Shown: positions 20,001 to 30,397 of the stretch, piece by piece | Layout: each line of letters opens with the position of its first letter | Numbering within the stretch: position 1 is the stretch's first letter | Source: Rhynchopus sp. YZ270_cl-10 | Lineage: Eukaryota | DNA length: 62,000 nt | Direction of reading: 5' to 3' | NCBI GenBank assembly: GCA_964035575.1 | Contig: OZ037833.1 | Location: 2,914,001-2,976,000, forward strand | The notes under the pieces: model-generated | Told to the model about the DNA's origin: nothing | Seen by the model: the letters and a program-made list of their open reading frames with translations, nothing else | The model's database searches: none | Translations under genes and position numbers: made by a program

Positions 20001-23000
20001 AGGATGTGGCCGCAGTTGGCGATGAGGCAAGCTGGAAACGTTTGTGCATGTTCGCGAAGCTGGTCCTACCGGCGAAGCGAGGTGGGAAGCACCTCAAGAC
20101 GAAGGTGGCAGTCTTGCGGCAGAAGGATGTGGATGAGTGGAGAGAAGGTGAGATCGCAGCAATGTGGCGAGCAGCTGCGAATCGCACAGGCGGTACGAAG
20201 AAGGAGAAGGAGCGGAAGGAACCAACGTGGGAAGAAAGGGAGAAGGCGATGGTCCGGGAGGTGCGGAATGGGAGGATGGCAGCAGGGATGAGCCGCCTCC
20301 ACAAGGGTGGGCTGGCAGAGCGTACTGAGGAATCCACAGACATCCTCCGCAGAAAGCACCCCCATGAGGAACCCCAACCTGCCACTTCTCTGCCGGAAAT
20401 TGCTTCCGAGCCGCTGAAGCCGATCGCCGCCCTCAAAGCCATAAATAGCATGGCAAAGGGCTCTGCTCCAGGTCCCTTTGGTCTGCGCGGGGATCACCTC
20501 AAGGGGTGGATGGTCAAACACCCGGACCTGAACATCTTGCCACTGATGACGCAAGTCCTGGACCTGCTGCGACGCGGGAAAGCCCCCTCCGAGACAGCTA
20601 TGTTCATGGCAGGAGCTACTCTGGTGGCGTTAAAGAAGGGTGACCAAGGCGACGTCCGCCCCATCTCTGCAGGCAACACACTTCGGCGAGTCGTGAGCAA
20701 GATCGAGGTGGCGTCTGTGAGGGAAAAGGCACGAGGAGTGCTGCTGCCAGGGAGACAAGTTGGGGTGGCGGTGGACGGTGGACTGGAAGCGGCGACAATG
20801 GTTGTGGCAGCATACGCAAAACGACACCAGGGGAGCGACAAAGTGATCGTACAGATTGACTACGAGAACGCATTCAACAGCATCTTTCGCAAGACTTTTC
20901 TGGAAGCCACAAGGAAATATCTCCCGTCCATTTCACCGTGGGTCGAATGGTGCTACAACTCCCACACCGGGCTAGTGTATGGTGACGAGATGATCCCATC
21001 CACCAGAGGCGCGCAGCAAGGCGACCCCGCAGGGCCCCTACTCTTCTCCCTGGGGATCAAAGCACTGACAGACGAAGTGCGTGCAGTCCAGGGCATCGAC
21101 TGTAGCATCTGGTACCTCGATGATGGGACGATCATGGGGAACCCAGAGGCGGTGGCTCGAGCGCTGGAGTTAGTGAGGACACGCAGTGCGGAGCTGGGGC
21201 TGAAGGTGAAGCTGTCAAAGTGTGAAGTCATCGCCCTAGGACAGCAGACTCCGTTGGACCTGGACAGAGCTGGCCTCCCCGTGTGCAGCCACACCACTGA
21301 CTTGGCGGAGACTTGCTCAGCCTGTGAAGGAAAAGTGATGAGCGTGAAGTATGGAGGCTTTGCGTTCCTGGGGGCGCCAATCGGGGACGACGAGTACTGC
21401 GAAGCGTACATGGAGAAGAAGGTGGAGGAATTCGCGGTGCAACTGCGTCTGCTGCAGAAGGTGTCTGACTCGCAGGCTGGACTGACATTACTCCGTCAGT
21501 GCGAGGGGTTTGCACGCATGGTTTTCTACATGAGAGCCATTGGTCACGCGTGCACCCACAAGTACCTCAGCCAGTACGACAAGGAGGTAGACGCTGCCCT
21601 GGCCGCGCTTTTTGGTGATGAGGATGGAGGCCTGCCGGAAGAAGCACGGAGACAGGCCGCACTGCCATGTAGGGTAGGGGGCATGGGCGTGCGCCGCATC
21701 CGCGACCACTGGACTGCAGCAGCCATGGGAGCAAGGAGCGGCCTGCACCAACTGTGCACCGAACTGGACCCCAGCTTCACCTGGGACGCCGAAGGATGGG
21801 AACGGACGGCAACGCTGTACAACGAGCAAGTGGCTGAAGGTGCTAGGATTGACCCCAAGCTGCAGCCAGCCGTCCCCCTGCGTCAACGTGATCTGTCTGC
21901 AGGGATCCTGGAGGAACAATTGCGGGACCTCTTCGTCAAGGGTGATGCGTACGACAAGGCGCGTCTCAATTCTCTGGCCCTCCCCCAAGCAGGGTCCTGG
22001 CTTACTGCACCCCCCACCTGGGAGCACTACATCCCTCCGATTGCATTCAAGGCCGCAGCCAGACTCCGCCTCCACCTCCCCATATACGCGGAGGGTGTCT
22101 CATGCAGGCAATGCAACCAGCCCATGGACACCAGGGGGGACCACATCTTCGCCTGCAGAATGGGTGGGCATCGTATACTGCGACATAACTCAGTACGCGA
22201 TTATGTGTATGGAGCAGCAAATGAGGCAGGTCTGAGCCCCATCCTGGAACCCAACCACCTCATCCTGGGCAACAACAAGCCCGCTGACATTCTGCTGTCC
22301 ACAGGGGTCGGGGAGTCGAGAGGACGAGCTATCGATGTGACTGTGTGGACGCCGACGTCAGCGTCGATGGTGCAGGGTGCCGCAGTCGCGAAGGGGTACG
22401 CGGCGACGAAGGCGGAAACTGCCAAGAGGAAGAAGCATGGTGACGCGTGTGCGGCGGAGCGGCTGGCGTTCACACCCTTCGCCCTGGAGACCACAGGAGG
22501 TCTGGGACCCGCGGCGGCGTCGATATGGCAGCAGATGCTCCGTTTCGCAGCGGACAGGAAGCTTGGGAACAGAGTGGAGATGTCACAGAGGTGGAATTGG
22601 GGGCTAGGGACGACGCTGCAGCGACAGATCGGGAAGGCCGCGACGGATCGAGGGTCTCTGACTGGTTGCCTGAGGGGTCCTCTGCGAGAGCGTGTGGACT
22701 TAGATCCCACCGTCGACCCGGAAGAGGGGGACTTGATACGCTTGCCCCCCGACCATCTACCTAACCTGGAAGTGACAGACGACCACCAGGGAGACATCAG
22801 GGTGTGTGCGGAGGAGGAGCCAGAGACAGGCAACGAGAAGGAAACGGCGCCAGAGACAGCAGCACAGGACCCAACCCCCCACAGCGAACTGGAGGCCAAC
22901 TTGGTGAAGTGGGGGCTGTCCCGACCGCAGGTGCCCGTGCCGTTCCGAGTAGGAGACTGTGCGTTCGACGCAGTGTGCTGGTCAGTGCGGAGCTGGAAGG

Positions 23001-25100
23001 TGGTGACATCGTCGACCCTTCGGTCCCTGGCGGTGGAGAGAGTGAAGAGAGATGCTGACCTGGCGAGAAATGCGATGCCCGACCTCGCGACCTGGGTGCG
23101 ATGGATGAGCCTGGCAGGGAACAGGGATCGCAGGTCGTGGGCGGACCAGACAGCACTGGCGGGTCTGGCACGGGCTTTGCAGGTAGTCATTGTGGCGGTC
23201 GTGTCATCGGACTCTAAGGTGCACATCCATAGACCAGCCAGCAAGTCGAACGGGGCCGTAGCAGTGCTGCACACAGGAGCTCACGAGGCTGGCCACTTCT
23301 CGCCGTTATGCATGACAGACAACACGTTTGCATATCTGCGAAGCCTTGCCCCCGACACCCCCCTTCCAGAGATGCAGTGCCACAGCACCGGAGCGCTGTC
23401 ACGGATGGAGGAGCGCCCGGGGAGACAGGGGGAATTGCTCACGTGCGAAAACTGCGCACTCATCACCGAATGTAGTGTCCCCCACTGGTTTTGTAGTTCC
23501 TGCGAGCGCACATGGTGTGAGGGATGTGGGAGCGCCAACGCAAAGTGTGTGCTGAGGGCAAAGCCAGTTCAGCCAGTTCAGCCAGTTCAGCCAGTTCAGC
23601 CGACAACATCGCAGACAGTGGGAGGTAGCTACTACAACAGCAACCCAGCTCCCCCACAGGACGCGGCAACGGAGGTGAAGGAGGAGGTTATGGATGAGGA
23701 GGATTCCGCCGACTGCGCCGACCACGACACCACCATGGACAACAACACCGCAACCGCAGCAGAATCCTTCGTCTGGGGGCCATCAGAGCAGAGCTACAAC
23801 ACCACACCAACAGCTCTGACTGGTGACCACCACTTGGGTTCAGCGAAGACTGGTGGATGGACGGCTAAGTCCCACGCGGAAAGAAGGACGAAGCTGACCA
23901 CCCTTGGGACTTCGCGGCGGGCGCAGGGGAACCACACTCGTCGCTCCGGTGTAGTGGAGGACAGGTCTGCGGAGACCACAGCAAGGCGGCCTTCTCCCCC
24001 TATCTCGCGAGGGTCGGATGTGGAGGCGAAAGGGTTAGTCCCACACAGCCAGAAGGAAGGGGACAGGGTGCCGAGAAATGTCGAAGAGTGGGCGGACTGC
24101 TTCTTCCCCAGGGGAGGGACCAGGCGAGAGGGAATGACTCCCTTGGCACCGGAGGTGGCGTACGAGGCGCTGGACGCGTGGTGGGATCAGCGGGAGGAGC
24201 TGGGGCGCGTCGGAGGACGGCAGACGAGTCAGTACGGGGCGCTTAGGGCGGTCCTGGTGCTGATGATGGAGGCGACCTTCAAATAGAAGGGCCTCGCGAT
24301 TGGTTGTGATTGTGGTTTATGTGGGCACTGTTGCCCTTCCCTTCTCTGTTATTTTCCCCCACCCCAACTTTTGTGTGTAGCAACACCTGTTTAGTTCCCT
24401 GTTTCCTTTTTACCCCCAACCCCTCCCATTAGATACATGTGTGTAATCCCCCTGGTGTCAAGCCCCTTGTATGTAAATTCCAAATCTTCCCCCTCACAGA
24501 AAACGTCAGGAGTAAGCCAAGGAGGCGGTTTGTCTGTGGGCGTCGGCCTAGGAGTAAGCGACGGAGATTTTTTCCCCCACCCCATCCCCTACGAGTTCCA
24601 TGGGGGGTCGCTACTGGCGTTAATCATCCAAACAAAAAAGACTACAAGAGACAAAACAAAAGTAACAAGAAAGGAACTTCGTATTGTAAAAAGAAAGCCC
24701 CATCCCGCCCCTTCCTCCCCTCCAGAACCAGCTGGGCACCAATACTGGAAATACAGCAAAACCACACAGACTGGACAGTCTATATTCACCCCTGCCTCTC
24801 CCGTGTTAATGTTCACCCCTCCTTTATCCCAAATTGTCATAGAGCTAAATATAGTTGTATGCCTCGCTTCGCTCGGCAAACAACGATACATAATAGGGCG
24901 ACATGCTGATGACAAATATCTCCCTCGTTTAATTCACTTTTGTGCCTCGTTCTAACTAAACCGGCACATGTACTGATTGTAAGACTTTTGGCCCTCGCTT
25001 CGCTCGGACCAAGCGCCTTTCATGTGCATTATAAACGTACCCCCCTTGCCCTGTCCAGTTTGATGTGGAACAAAAAAAAGTCGAGCCTAGGGCTAAGTTG

Positions 25101-25152
<52 letters not shown>
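17022..25152 (+). mobile_element. Non-LTR retrotransposon 2, RLE type (CRE/SLACS-like), about 8.1 kb
   Basis: Single RT-RLE ORF, 3' UTR, poly(A) 25101-25152; preceded by GGTGTGGCA and followed by the 25-bp target. Confidence 0.92.
17285..24286 (+). CDS. Retrotransposon polyprotein: low-complexity leader, OTU-1, C2H2 finger, RT, CCHC, RLE, OTU-2, Cys-rich finger
   Basis: RPISAG, QIDYENAFN, QQGDPAGP, YLDD (~21113), CRQC..HIFAC, RHNSVRD, KPAD..IDVT; NGECMYVAL..WGN..NHYE and GDCAFDAV..WAD..GHFS; ATG 17285 follows a polypyrimidine tract and AG. Confidence 0.9.
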   Translation: MCRWSAQLWAMVLLCGAMDDGGGDSRSWCSNMSNMRSSSSMSRSSMSSSMSSSSMCSSSMSSSIVSRSTAINISTSHGCGRHVSRVGSSTPTQHSQVPRSRCSNMSSHDWSDGLYGSVYCNNSGSNNHTSNIYTCSNGRKGFMCSGYRSCRCTPIPPHYYPKKRPVPNNPSGCSFDSSNNNNNYNNGGRHWMRGRTLDVRADSISSNNSNYNNSGRQWMRGRTLDVRAGSISSNNNNNYNNSGRQWMRGWTLDVRADSISSNNSNYNNGGRQRMRERTQDVRADSISSNNSNYNNNRNTSNNNSISSTCSSTDSNSNSSSSNCSNNTVGGGERGMLVFGASLAGREGQSYCVTLRVWGTFITPNVHMGRAEHGLGFDWWSILWERLSSLRRPDPRWVAEAPEWGVFVSFAVLDMWKDRRAPTLSHLILWLVGRRGTRRTRRGHRSLNWTKAQASRFRRRKAPCKRPPSQLFRRIRAAVVRVALQWVAIWALVCVGYELGRSAPRALGCALIRDAELLSVLLRKGLLQGRYRARSGRLWLRVLASRVWVFMQRLRRPAGTGDGWELSPQSISLGPGALAGGADGDINPEEAANLDAFLEVHGGKRVPNAANGECMYVALLGKKNALYLDVSKARTELADRARVTKVKTGLRRYFETEAQLSSFIDGLTNPEVWGNHLTLHLAANAWSTTIAVVQPGPNPVVTINPAASSKDLRTQKDRRVRVVSLLNNHYEEVQMDPKNALAMVQSAPFAELDPKGLTATPIPAMTKESPSPLGADAPRLFCPVPCCNGSSLHRPQPFSVPGLRTHIGAHLSSGDHIPHDTLNKLGLGQCEACGGIRSASKETCLQCAKLVKAIAKPTPRERTAVEKADDVDLPEWWEIAQIPIRTTDAIPTSIDRPAAVEFTQALEDVAAVGDEASWKRLCMFAKLVLPAKRGGKHLKTKVAVLRQKDVDEWREGEIAAMWRAAANRTGGTKKEKERKEPTWEEREKAMVREVRNGRMAAGMSRLHKGGLAERTEESTDILRRKHPHEEPQPATSLPEIASEPLKPIAALKAINSMAKGSAPGPFGLRGDHLKGWMVKHPDLNILPLMTQVLDLLRRGKAPSETAMFMAGATLVALKKGDQGDVRPISAGNTLRRVVSKIEVASVREKARGVLLPGRQVGVAVDGGLEAATMVVAAYAKRHQGSDKVIVQIDYENAFNSIFRKTFLEATRKYLPSISPWVEWCYNSHTGLVYGDEMIPSTRGAQQGDPAGPLLFSLGIKALTDEVRAVQGIDCSIWYLDDGTIMGNPEAVARALELVRTRSAELGLKVKLSKCEVIALGQQTPLDLDRAGLPVCSHTTDLAETCSACEGKVMSVKYGGFAFLGAPIGDDEYCEAYMEKKVEEFAVQLRLLQKVSDSQAGLTLLRQCEGFARMVFYMRAIGHACTHKYLSQYDKEVDAALAALFGDEDGGLPEEARRQAALPCRVGGMGVRRIRDHWTAAAMGARSGLHQLCTELDPSFTWDAEGWERTATLYNEQVAEGARIDPKLQPAVPLRQRDLSAGILEEQLRDLFVKGDAYDKARLNSLALPQAGSWLTAPPTWEHYIPPIAFKAAARLRLHLPIYAEGVSCRQCNQPMDTRGDHIFACRMGGHRILRHNSVRDYVYGAANEAGLSPILEPNHLILGNNKPADILLSTGVGESRGRAIDVTVWTPTSASMVQGAAVAKGYAATKAETAKRKKHGDACAAERLAFTPFALETTGGLGPAAASIWQQMLRFAADRKLGNRVEMSQRWNWGLGTTLQRQIGKAATDRGSLTGCLRGPLRERVDLDPTVDPEEGDLIRLPPDHLPNLEVTDDHQGDIRVCAEEEPETGNEKETAPETAAQDPTPHSELEANLVKWGLSRPQVPVPFRVGDCAFDAVCWSVRSWKVVTSSTLRSLAVERVKRDADLARNAMPDLATWVRWMSLAGNRDRRSWADQTALAGLARALQVVIVAVVSSDSKVHIHRPASKSNGAVAVLHTGAHEAGHFSPLCMTDNTFAYLRSLAPDTPLPEMQCHSTGALSRMEERPGRQGELLTCENCALITECSVPHWFCSSCERTWCEGCGSANAKCVLRAKPVQPVQPVQPVQPTTSQTVGGSYYNSNPAPPQDAATEVKEEVMDEEDSADCADHDTTMDNNTATAAESFVWGPSEQSYNTTPTALTGDHHLGSAKTGGWTAKSHAERRTKLTTLGTSRRAQGNHTRRSGVVEDRSAETTARRPSPPISRGSDVEAKGLVPHSQKEGDRVPRNVEEWADCFFPRGGTRREGMTPLAPEVAYEALDAWWDQREELGRVGGRQTSQYGALRAVLVLMMEATFK

Positions 25153-25154
<2 letters not shown>

Positions 25155-25253
25155 TGTGGCAAAAGGGGTGTGTACAGATAGAGTTTTGGTTCGACTGGTG
25201 GTGCAACCTCTGGGAGGTCTTCACCTCCTTGCGTCAACCTGACCCCTGCTGGG
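25153..25253 (+). repeat. Right TSD and continuation of the interrupted copy of element-1 5' region (=8313-8413)
   Basis: Sequence identity with 8313-8413. Confidence 0.92.
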
Positions 25254-26377
25254 GTTCATTTTTTTTTACAGGGGTTCATTTTTTTTTACAGGGGTTCATT
25301 TTTTTTTACAGGGGTTCATTTTTTTTTACAGGGGTTCATTTTTTTTTACAAAAGGGGTTCATTTTTTTTTACAAAGGGGTTCATTTTTTTTTACAAAGGG
25401 GTTCATTTTTTTTTACAGGGGTTCATTTTTTTTTACACAAAAAACTATGTTAAGACGAAATCCTACCGATGTGCCTACATGGGGCGTCCCCCGTTAGTAG
25501 TGCGCCAGATGAGGGGCATGAAGCGAAAAGCGGCTAAAGGTGCAGGCCTGTGTTGCAGCACAGGTCTGGAGAGTTGAGGCAACTCGCCTGCTGAGCGTGA
25601 GAGGAATCAAGGCAGAGGTTCGCTGTCCAAGTAAAACCTACCCTGGTCATCCTCTGCCTGTTTTGTTTTCTGTCGTGATTGTTTGTGTTTGTGGGCGGGA
25701 TCAGATGGGTGGAGGGTGTTTGCTTTTTGTTTAGCTTGGAGAAGGGCCACTCTCGCACACTCCTTGTTATCTATCATCTAGTTTCATTTTTTCATGCATC
25801 CCCAAAGTATGTAGACAGAGAGTCAAGACCACCTTGGCCAAAAGGGTTTTTTTACCACACTTTTCTTTTGCTTCCATTCGTGGAAGCGTTTGCTTTTCTT
25901 CTGTTCCTGGCCTGACGTGTGTTCAACAGGTGTGCTATTTTTACTGAGTGGAATCCATTTTTCTTTTTCCAGGTGAGGCACTAAAACAAGACATCCTGCA
26001 GACAACGAAACAATGGGCACGTGTGTTTTTTATTCTCCCTTCCCTTCTTTTAAGTAAGGAGGATTAGGTCTTCTTTTTTTCCTTTTTTTGCCCCATAAGT
26101 GTGACGCCTGTGTATTCAAATTGATTAAAAAGAATAAAAAACAAACACACGATGCAGTTTCTTGTTTTGTTTAGGAGGAAGTGGCCACTTACTTTACTTT
26201 ACCGCCCACCTTTTATACTAAAACTTGAAACACCGACCTTTTTTGGTCATCATTTTTTCATTTCCTTTTTCCTTTTCCATTTTCCTGTTCATTTTATTGT
26301 CTTTATTGTTTACTCCATTCTTCCTTTTTCCTTTCTTCTATTCTCACATACAAAAAAAGACCAAGTACATAAAAGAG

Positions 26378-26412
<35 letters not shown>
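25254..26412 (+). mobile_element. Non-autonomous poly(A) retroposon, copy A
   Basis: 5' (ACAGGGGTTCATn) repeats, no credible ORF, ends AGACCAAGTACATAAAAGAG-poly(A); diverged second copy at 26748-27733. Confidence 0.7.
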
Positions 26413-26418
<6 letters not shown>

Positions 26419-26747
26419 CAGTCCACGTTGGGCCAGAACCGGTTCTAAGGAAGCCGTGTTCTGGGGCAACGTGGGGCGCAAAGTTTTACAATTTTCATGC
26501 ACGGGTGCTCCACAAATTACCAAGTATTCCTTCTTTGTTGAATTGAGAGAGAGTCGTGTTTAGCTGCCACGCGGGTGTGCTTAGAATTCCTTTGCGGGTT
26601 TGCAATTCCTTCGCGCTCGGACCAAGCGCCTTTCATGTGCATTATAAACGTACCCCCCTTGCCCTGTCCAGTTTGATGTGGAACAAAAAAAAGTCGAGCC
26701 TAGGGCTAAGTTGAACAACACCAAAAAAAAAAAAAAAAAAAAAAAAA
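26413..26747 (+). mobile_element. Short SINE-like or truncated element ending in the element-2-type 3' end plus poly(A)
   Basis: About 26614-26713 matches the last ~100 nt of element 2; 5' part forms a long hairpin (26422-26474). Confidence 0.6.
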
Positions 26748-27733
26748 TACAGGGGTTCATTTTTTTTTACAAGGGGTTCATTTTTTTTTACACAAAAAAC
26801 TATGTTAAGACGAAATCCTACCGATGTGCCTACATGGGGCGTCCCCCGTTAGTAGTGCGCCAGATGAGGGGCATGAAGCGAAAAGCGGTGAAAGGTGCAG
26901 GCCTGTTCGCAGCAGGTCTGGAGAGTTGTGGCAACTCGTCTGCTGAGCGTGTGAAGTATCAAGGCAGAGGTTCGCTGTCCAAGTAAAACCTACCCTGGTC
27001 ATCCTCTGCCTGTCTTGTTCTCTGTTGTGATTGTTTGTGTTTGTGGGCGGGATCAGATGGGTGGAGGGTGTTTACTTTGTGTTTAGCTCGGAGAAGTGGC
27101 TTACCCGCCCACTCTCTGTTATTTATTCAGTGTCATATTTTCATTCATCCCCAAAGTTTGTAGACAGAGTCAAGGCCACCTTGGCCAAAAGGGTTTTTTC
27201 ACCACACTTTTCTTTTGCTTCCATTCGTGGAAGTCTTGTTTTTCTTCTGTTCCTGGCCTGACGTGTGTTCAACAGGTGTGCTATTTTTACCAAGTGGAAT
27301 CCATTTTTCTTTTTCCAGGAGAGGCACTAAAACAAACCATTCTGCAGACAACAAAGCAAAGGCAATGTGTTTTTTATTCTCCCTTCCCTTCTTTTAAGTA
27401 AGGAGGATTAGGTCTTCTTTTTTTTCCTTTTTTTGCCCCAGAAGTGTGACGCCTGTGTATTCAAATTGATTAAAAAGAATAAAAAACAAACACATAATGC
27501 AGTTTCTTGTTTTGTATAAAATTCTGTTGGCTCTTCCGTACTCTTCGCCCGCCTTTTATACAAAACTTGAAACACCGACCATTTTTGGTCATCATTTTTT
27601 CCTTTTCCTTTTTCCATTTCCTTTTTCCTTTTCCATTTCCTGTTCATTTTATTGTCTTTATTGTCTTCTCCATTTCTTCCTTTTTCCTTTCTAATCTCAT
27701 AAAAAACTAGACCAAGTACAAAAGAGAAAAAAA
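26748..27733 (+). mobile_element. Non-autonomous poly(A) retroposon, copy B
   Basis: Colinear with 25254-26412; A-tail joined to GGGTAG target. Confidence 0.7.
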
Positions 27734-27905
27734 GGGTAGTCGAGGCACCTGAGTGGGGAGTGTTTGTGTCGTTCGCGGTCCTGGATCTGTGGAAGGACAG
27801 ACGCGCCCCTACCCTCAGTCATCTCATTTTGTGGCTAGTGGGCAGGAGGACCAGGAGGACGCGACGAGGACACCGGTCCTTGAACTGGACCAAGTCACAG
27901 GCGGG
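27734..27905 (+). repeat. Third piece of the interrupted element-1 5' region (=8411-8582)
   Basis: Sequence identity with 8411-8582. Confidence 0.92.
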
Positions 27906-27908
27906 GGT

Positions 27909-28161
27909 CCGCAAACCCGCAAACCCGCAAACCCGCAAACCCGCAAACCCGCAAACCCGCAAACCCGCAAACCCGCAAACCCGCAAACCCGCAAACCCGC
28001 AAACCCGCAAACCCGCAAACCCGCAAACCCGCAAACCCGCAAACCCGCAAACCCGCAAACCCGCAAACCCGCAAACCCGCAAACCCGCAAACCCGCAAAC
28101 CCGCAAACCCGCAAACCCGCAAACCCGCAAACCCGCAAACCCGCAAACCCGCAAACCCGCA
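27909..28161. repeat. Telomere-like 8-bp tandem repeat (AAACCCGC)n, about 31 copies
   Basis: Perfect tandem repeat; G-rich strand TTTGCGGG. Confidence 0.95.
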
Positions 28162-28650
28162 CGAGAAGTGAGCAACCATATGAGGCAGGCTGGTGTGATG
28201 TGTAACGGGCTGGTGTATCGAAAATGTTCTGTTGTAACTACAGTAAGCCATTTGAAAAAGTATTTTTGGCCATTTTGGGATTTATGGACAGAAATGTCGA
28301 CAAATCTGTCCATAAATTACGTTCTGTCCATAAGAGCTAAGATCCCGACCAAAAATCCCTGTATTGAAAATACAGGGATTTTTGGCTGCATAAGGCAAAA
28401 CCCCTCGCATGTACGTGGCTGGTAAAATTCTCTATATTGAGGGACATATTGTGGCTACTCTGTGGGGGTGTGTGTGGGTGTGTGTGGGGGGTTTGAGGAA
28501 AAATTGAAATATAAAATGTTCCTTTGTTTTTGTTCTCATATTTCATGCTTCATTTGTATTCACAAAACTAATAGTATCCCCAAACCCACAATCCCAAAAA
28601 ATACCCACCAAACCCTCCCGCATTCTTTTTTTATTACTTTTTTTGTATGT

Positions 28651-29352
28651 TCACAACTCCCAATCAACTTGATATAGAATCTCATTGGGAAATCCCCTAT
28701 GCAATTGTTCCAAACCATTTTTGTGTGTTTCCAATTCATGTTCAGGAGACCCTGTACCTATATTAAAATGATCAGGGTTTGCAGTATGCAATAAAATAAT
28801 CCTGTCTTTTGCAGGAATATTAGCAAGAACTTGTTCAGTAGACAAGTTGTTCCCCAAAAAGTGAAAAGATGAGGGCTTGTTATCTTGGTTCATTTTGACA
28901 ATAGTTATTAGAACACGTTTTAAGAGACTCACCAAGGCAAACTCAATCTGTTCTGCATAGTCTGATGTTGCGTATGTCCCATCAATCCTGCCAGTTATCC
29001 TGTTCATAAGGGCGTTGTAGGTGCCTACAATCGAGGATACGGTGTTAGCGTTTTCAGGTACAATAAGAGGATGATGTTTTATTGTAGTGCTGTTCTGCAT
29101 AACAAACAATTCTAATTCTCTTCTGAGTTGATTCCCTTGTCCTATCCTCTTTGTAATAGACTGGTCTACGGCATGGTAAAAGCAAGTACCATCCCCCAAA
29201 ACCCTGGTAATGAAGAGCTTCGGCTTTGGTGCTGTTGTTGTTTCTGCTGATGTAGGGTTATTCTTCTTCCGCTTCTTAGGAGACTTATCTTCTGGGTCTC
29301 TCTTCCTCTTTTTGGCTACATATACAAGATCTTCAGCATCTTCAAATTGAAT
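28651..29352 (-). pseudogene. 5'-truncated ORF with NLS-like basic patches and an OTU-like cysteine protease domain
   Basis: Frame open upstream of the listed ORF (KKRKR..PKKRKK..VLGDGTCFYHAV..YAEQIE..ILLH..DHFN); no upstream ATG. Confidence 0.65.
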
Positions 29353-29373
29353 GCAAACCCGTAAACCCGCAAA

Positions 29374-29429
29374 GTTAAGGCACAGGTCTTATGAGCCTGG
29401 GATCGCGGGTTCAAACCCCGCCGGGAGCA
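29374..29429 (+). pseudogene. 5'-truncated tRNA-Ile(TAT)
   Basis: Identical to the 3' part of 52678-52750. Confidence 0.9.
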
Positions 29430-29509
29430 AAGCCTTTTTTTGTTCTGTGATTCATGTTCATTCCTCCTGTTCTTTCGATGACTCCTCCAGAAGTTGCAAA
29501 GGAACAGTA

Positions 29510-29591
29510 GCGGACGTATCCAAGTGGTTACGGAGGTGCACTCGAAATGCATTGGGCTCTGCCCGCGCAGGTTCAAATCCTGCCGTCCGCG
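29510..29591 (+). tRNA. tRNA-Ser(CGA)
   Basis: Cloverleaf with long variable arm; loop CT CGA AA. Confidence 0.95.
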
Positions 29592-30397
29592 TTATTGCCT
29601 TTTTGCTGTGCAGGGGGAACCCTGTACATTCCACACATGGTGTTTTTTTTACTGGGGAGTAAGTGATTAGGGTGCGTGTGATGCTCCAATTTGCGATTCT
29701 GACCTCATAATGCATTCAGGAGCATCCAAACATCCCATTTTCCCGTTAGTTTCCCATTTTTGACGATCTGGCTATTGCAGAATAGAGGTGAAAATGACAT
29801 TTTGCTGCCGTCGTACGGTCAGATCCGAGCATCAGACAATGTCTAGAATTTTAGCTATGCAACAAACACCTGTATATTGGGTAAAATGGCTAATAATCAT
29901 ATCTAAATGGCTCATATATGCTCGAAAATGCAAAAATCTTGGGAATGTGGGGTTTTTGGGCATTTTTGAGTCAATTGCGGGGTCGTACGATCAGATTAGA
30001 GCATCACACAATGTCTCAAATTTTACAGGTGCAACAAACACCTGTATTTTGGTGTAACATGCATATAACCATATCTAAATACCTCAAATTTGCACGAAAA
30101 TGAAGAAATCTTGGGTATATAGGGTTTTTGGGCCAATCTGAGTCAATTGCGGGGTCGCACGGTCAATTCCGAGTATCAGGCCCTCTCTACAACTTAGCCG
30201 GTGCTCAAACATAGGGGTTACAGGCAAATAAACCTGTACACAGGCATATGACCTCTGTACGAACCTTCTTTTCACTCGAAAATGCAATTTTCTTGGGTAT
30301 ATGGGGTATTTGAGCACATCTGAGTCAATTGCGGGGTCGTACGCTCAGATCCGAGCATCACACACTGTCTAACTGAGAAATATTTTGAAAAAAGTCG

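Noticed and set aside
240..24000. Many antisense and overlapping ORFs across the three long genes
   Set aside because: Shadow ORFs of GC-rich coding sequence with no recognisable motifs
25495..25535. Hammerhead-like CAGATGAG...CGAAA in the non-autonomous element
   Set aside because: Core is CAGATGA rather than CTGATGA and I could not build the three stems
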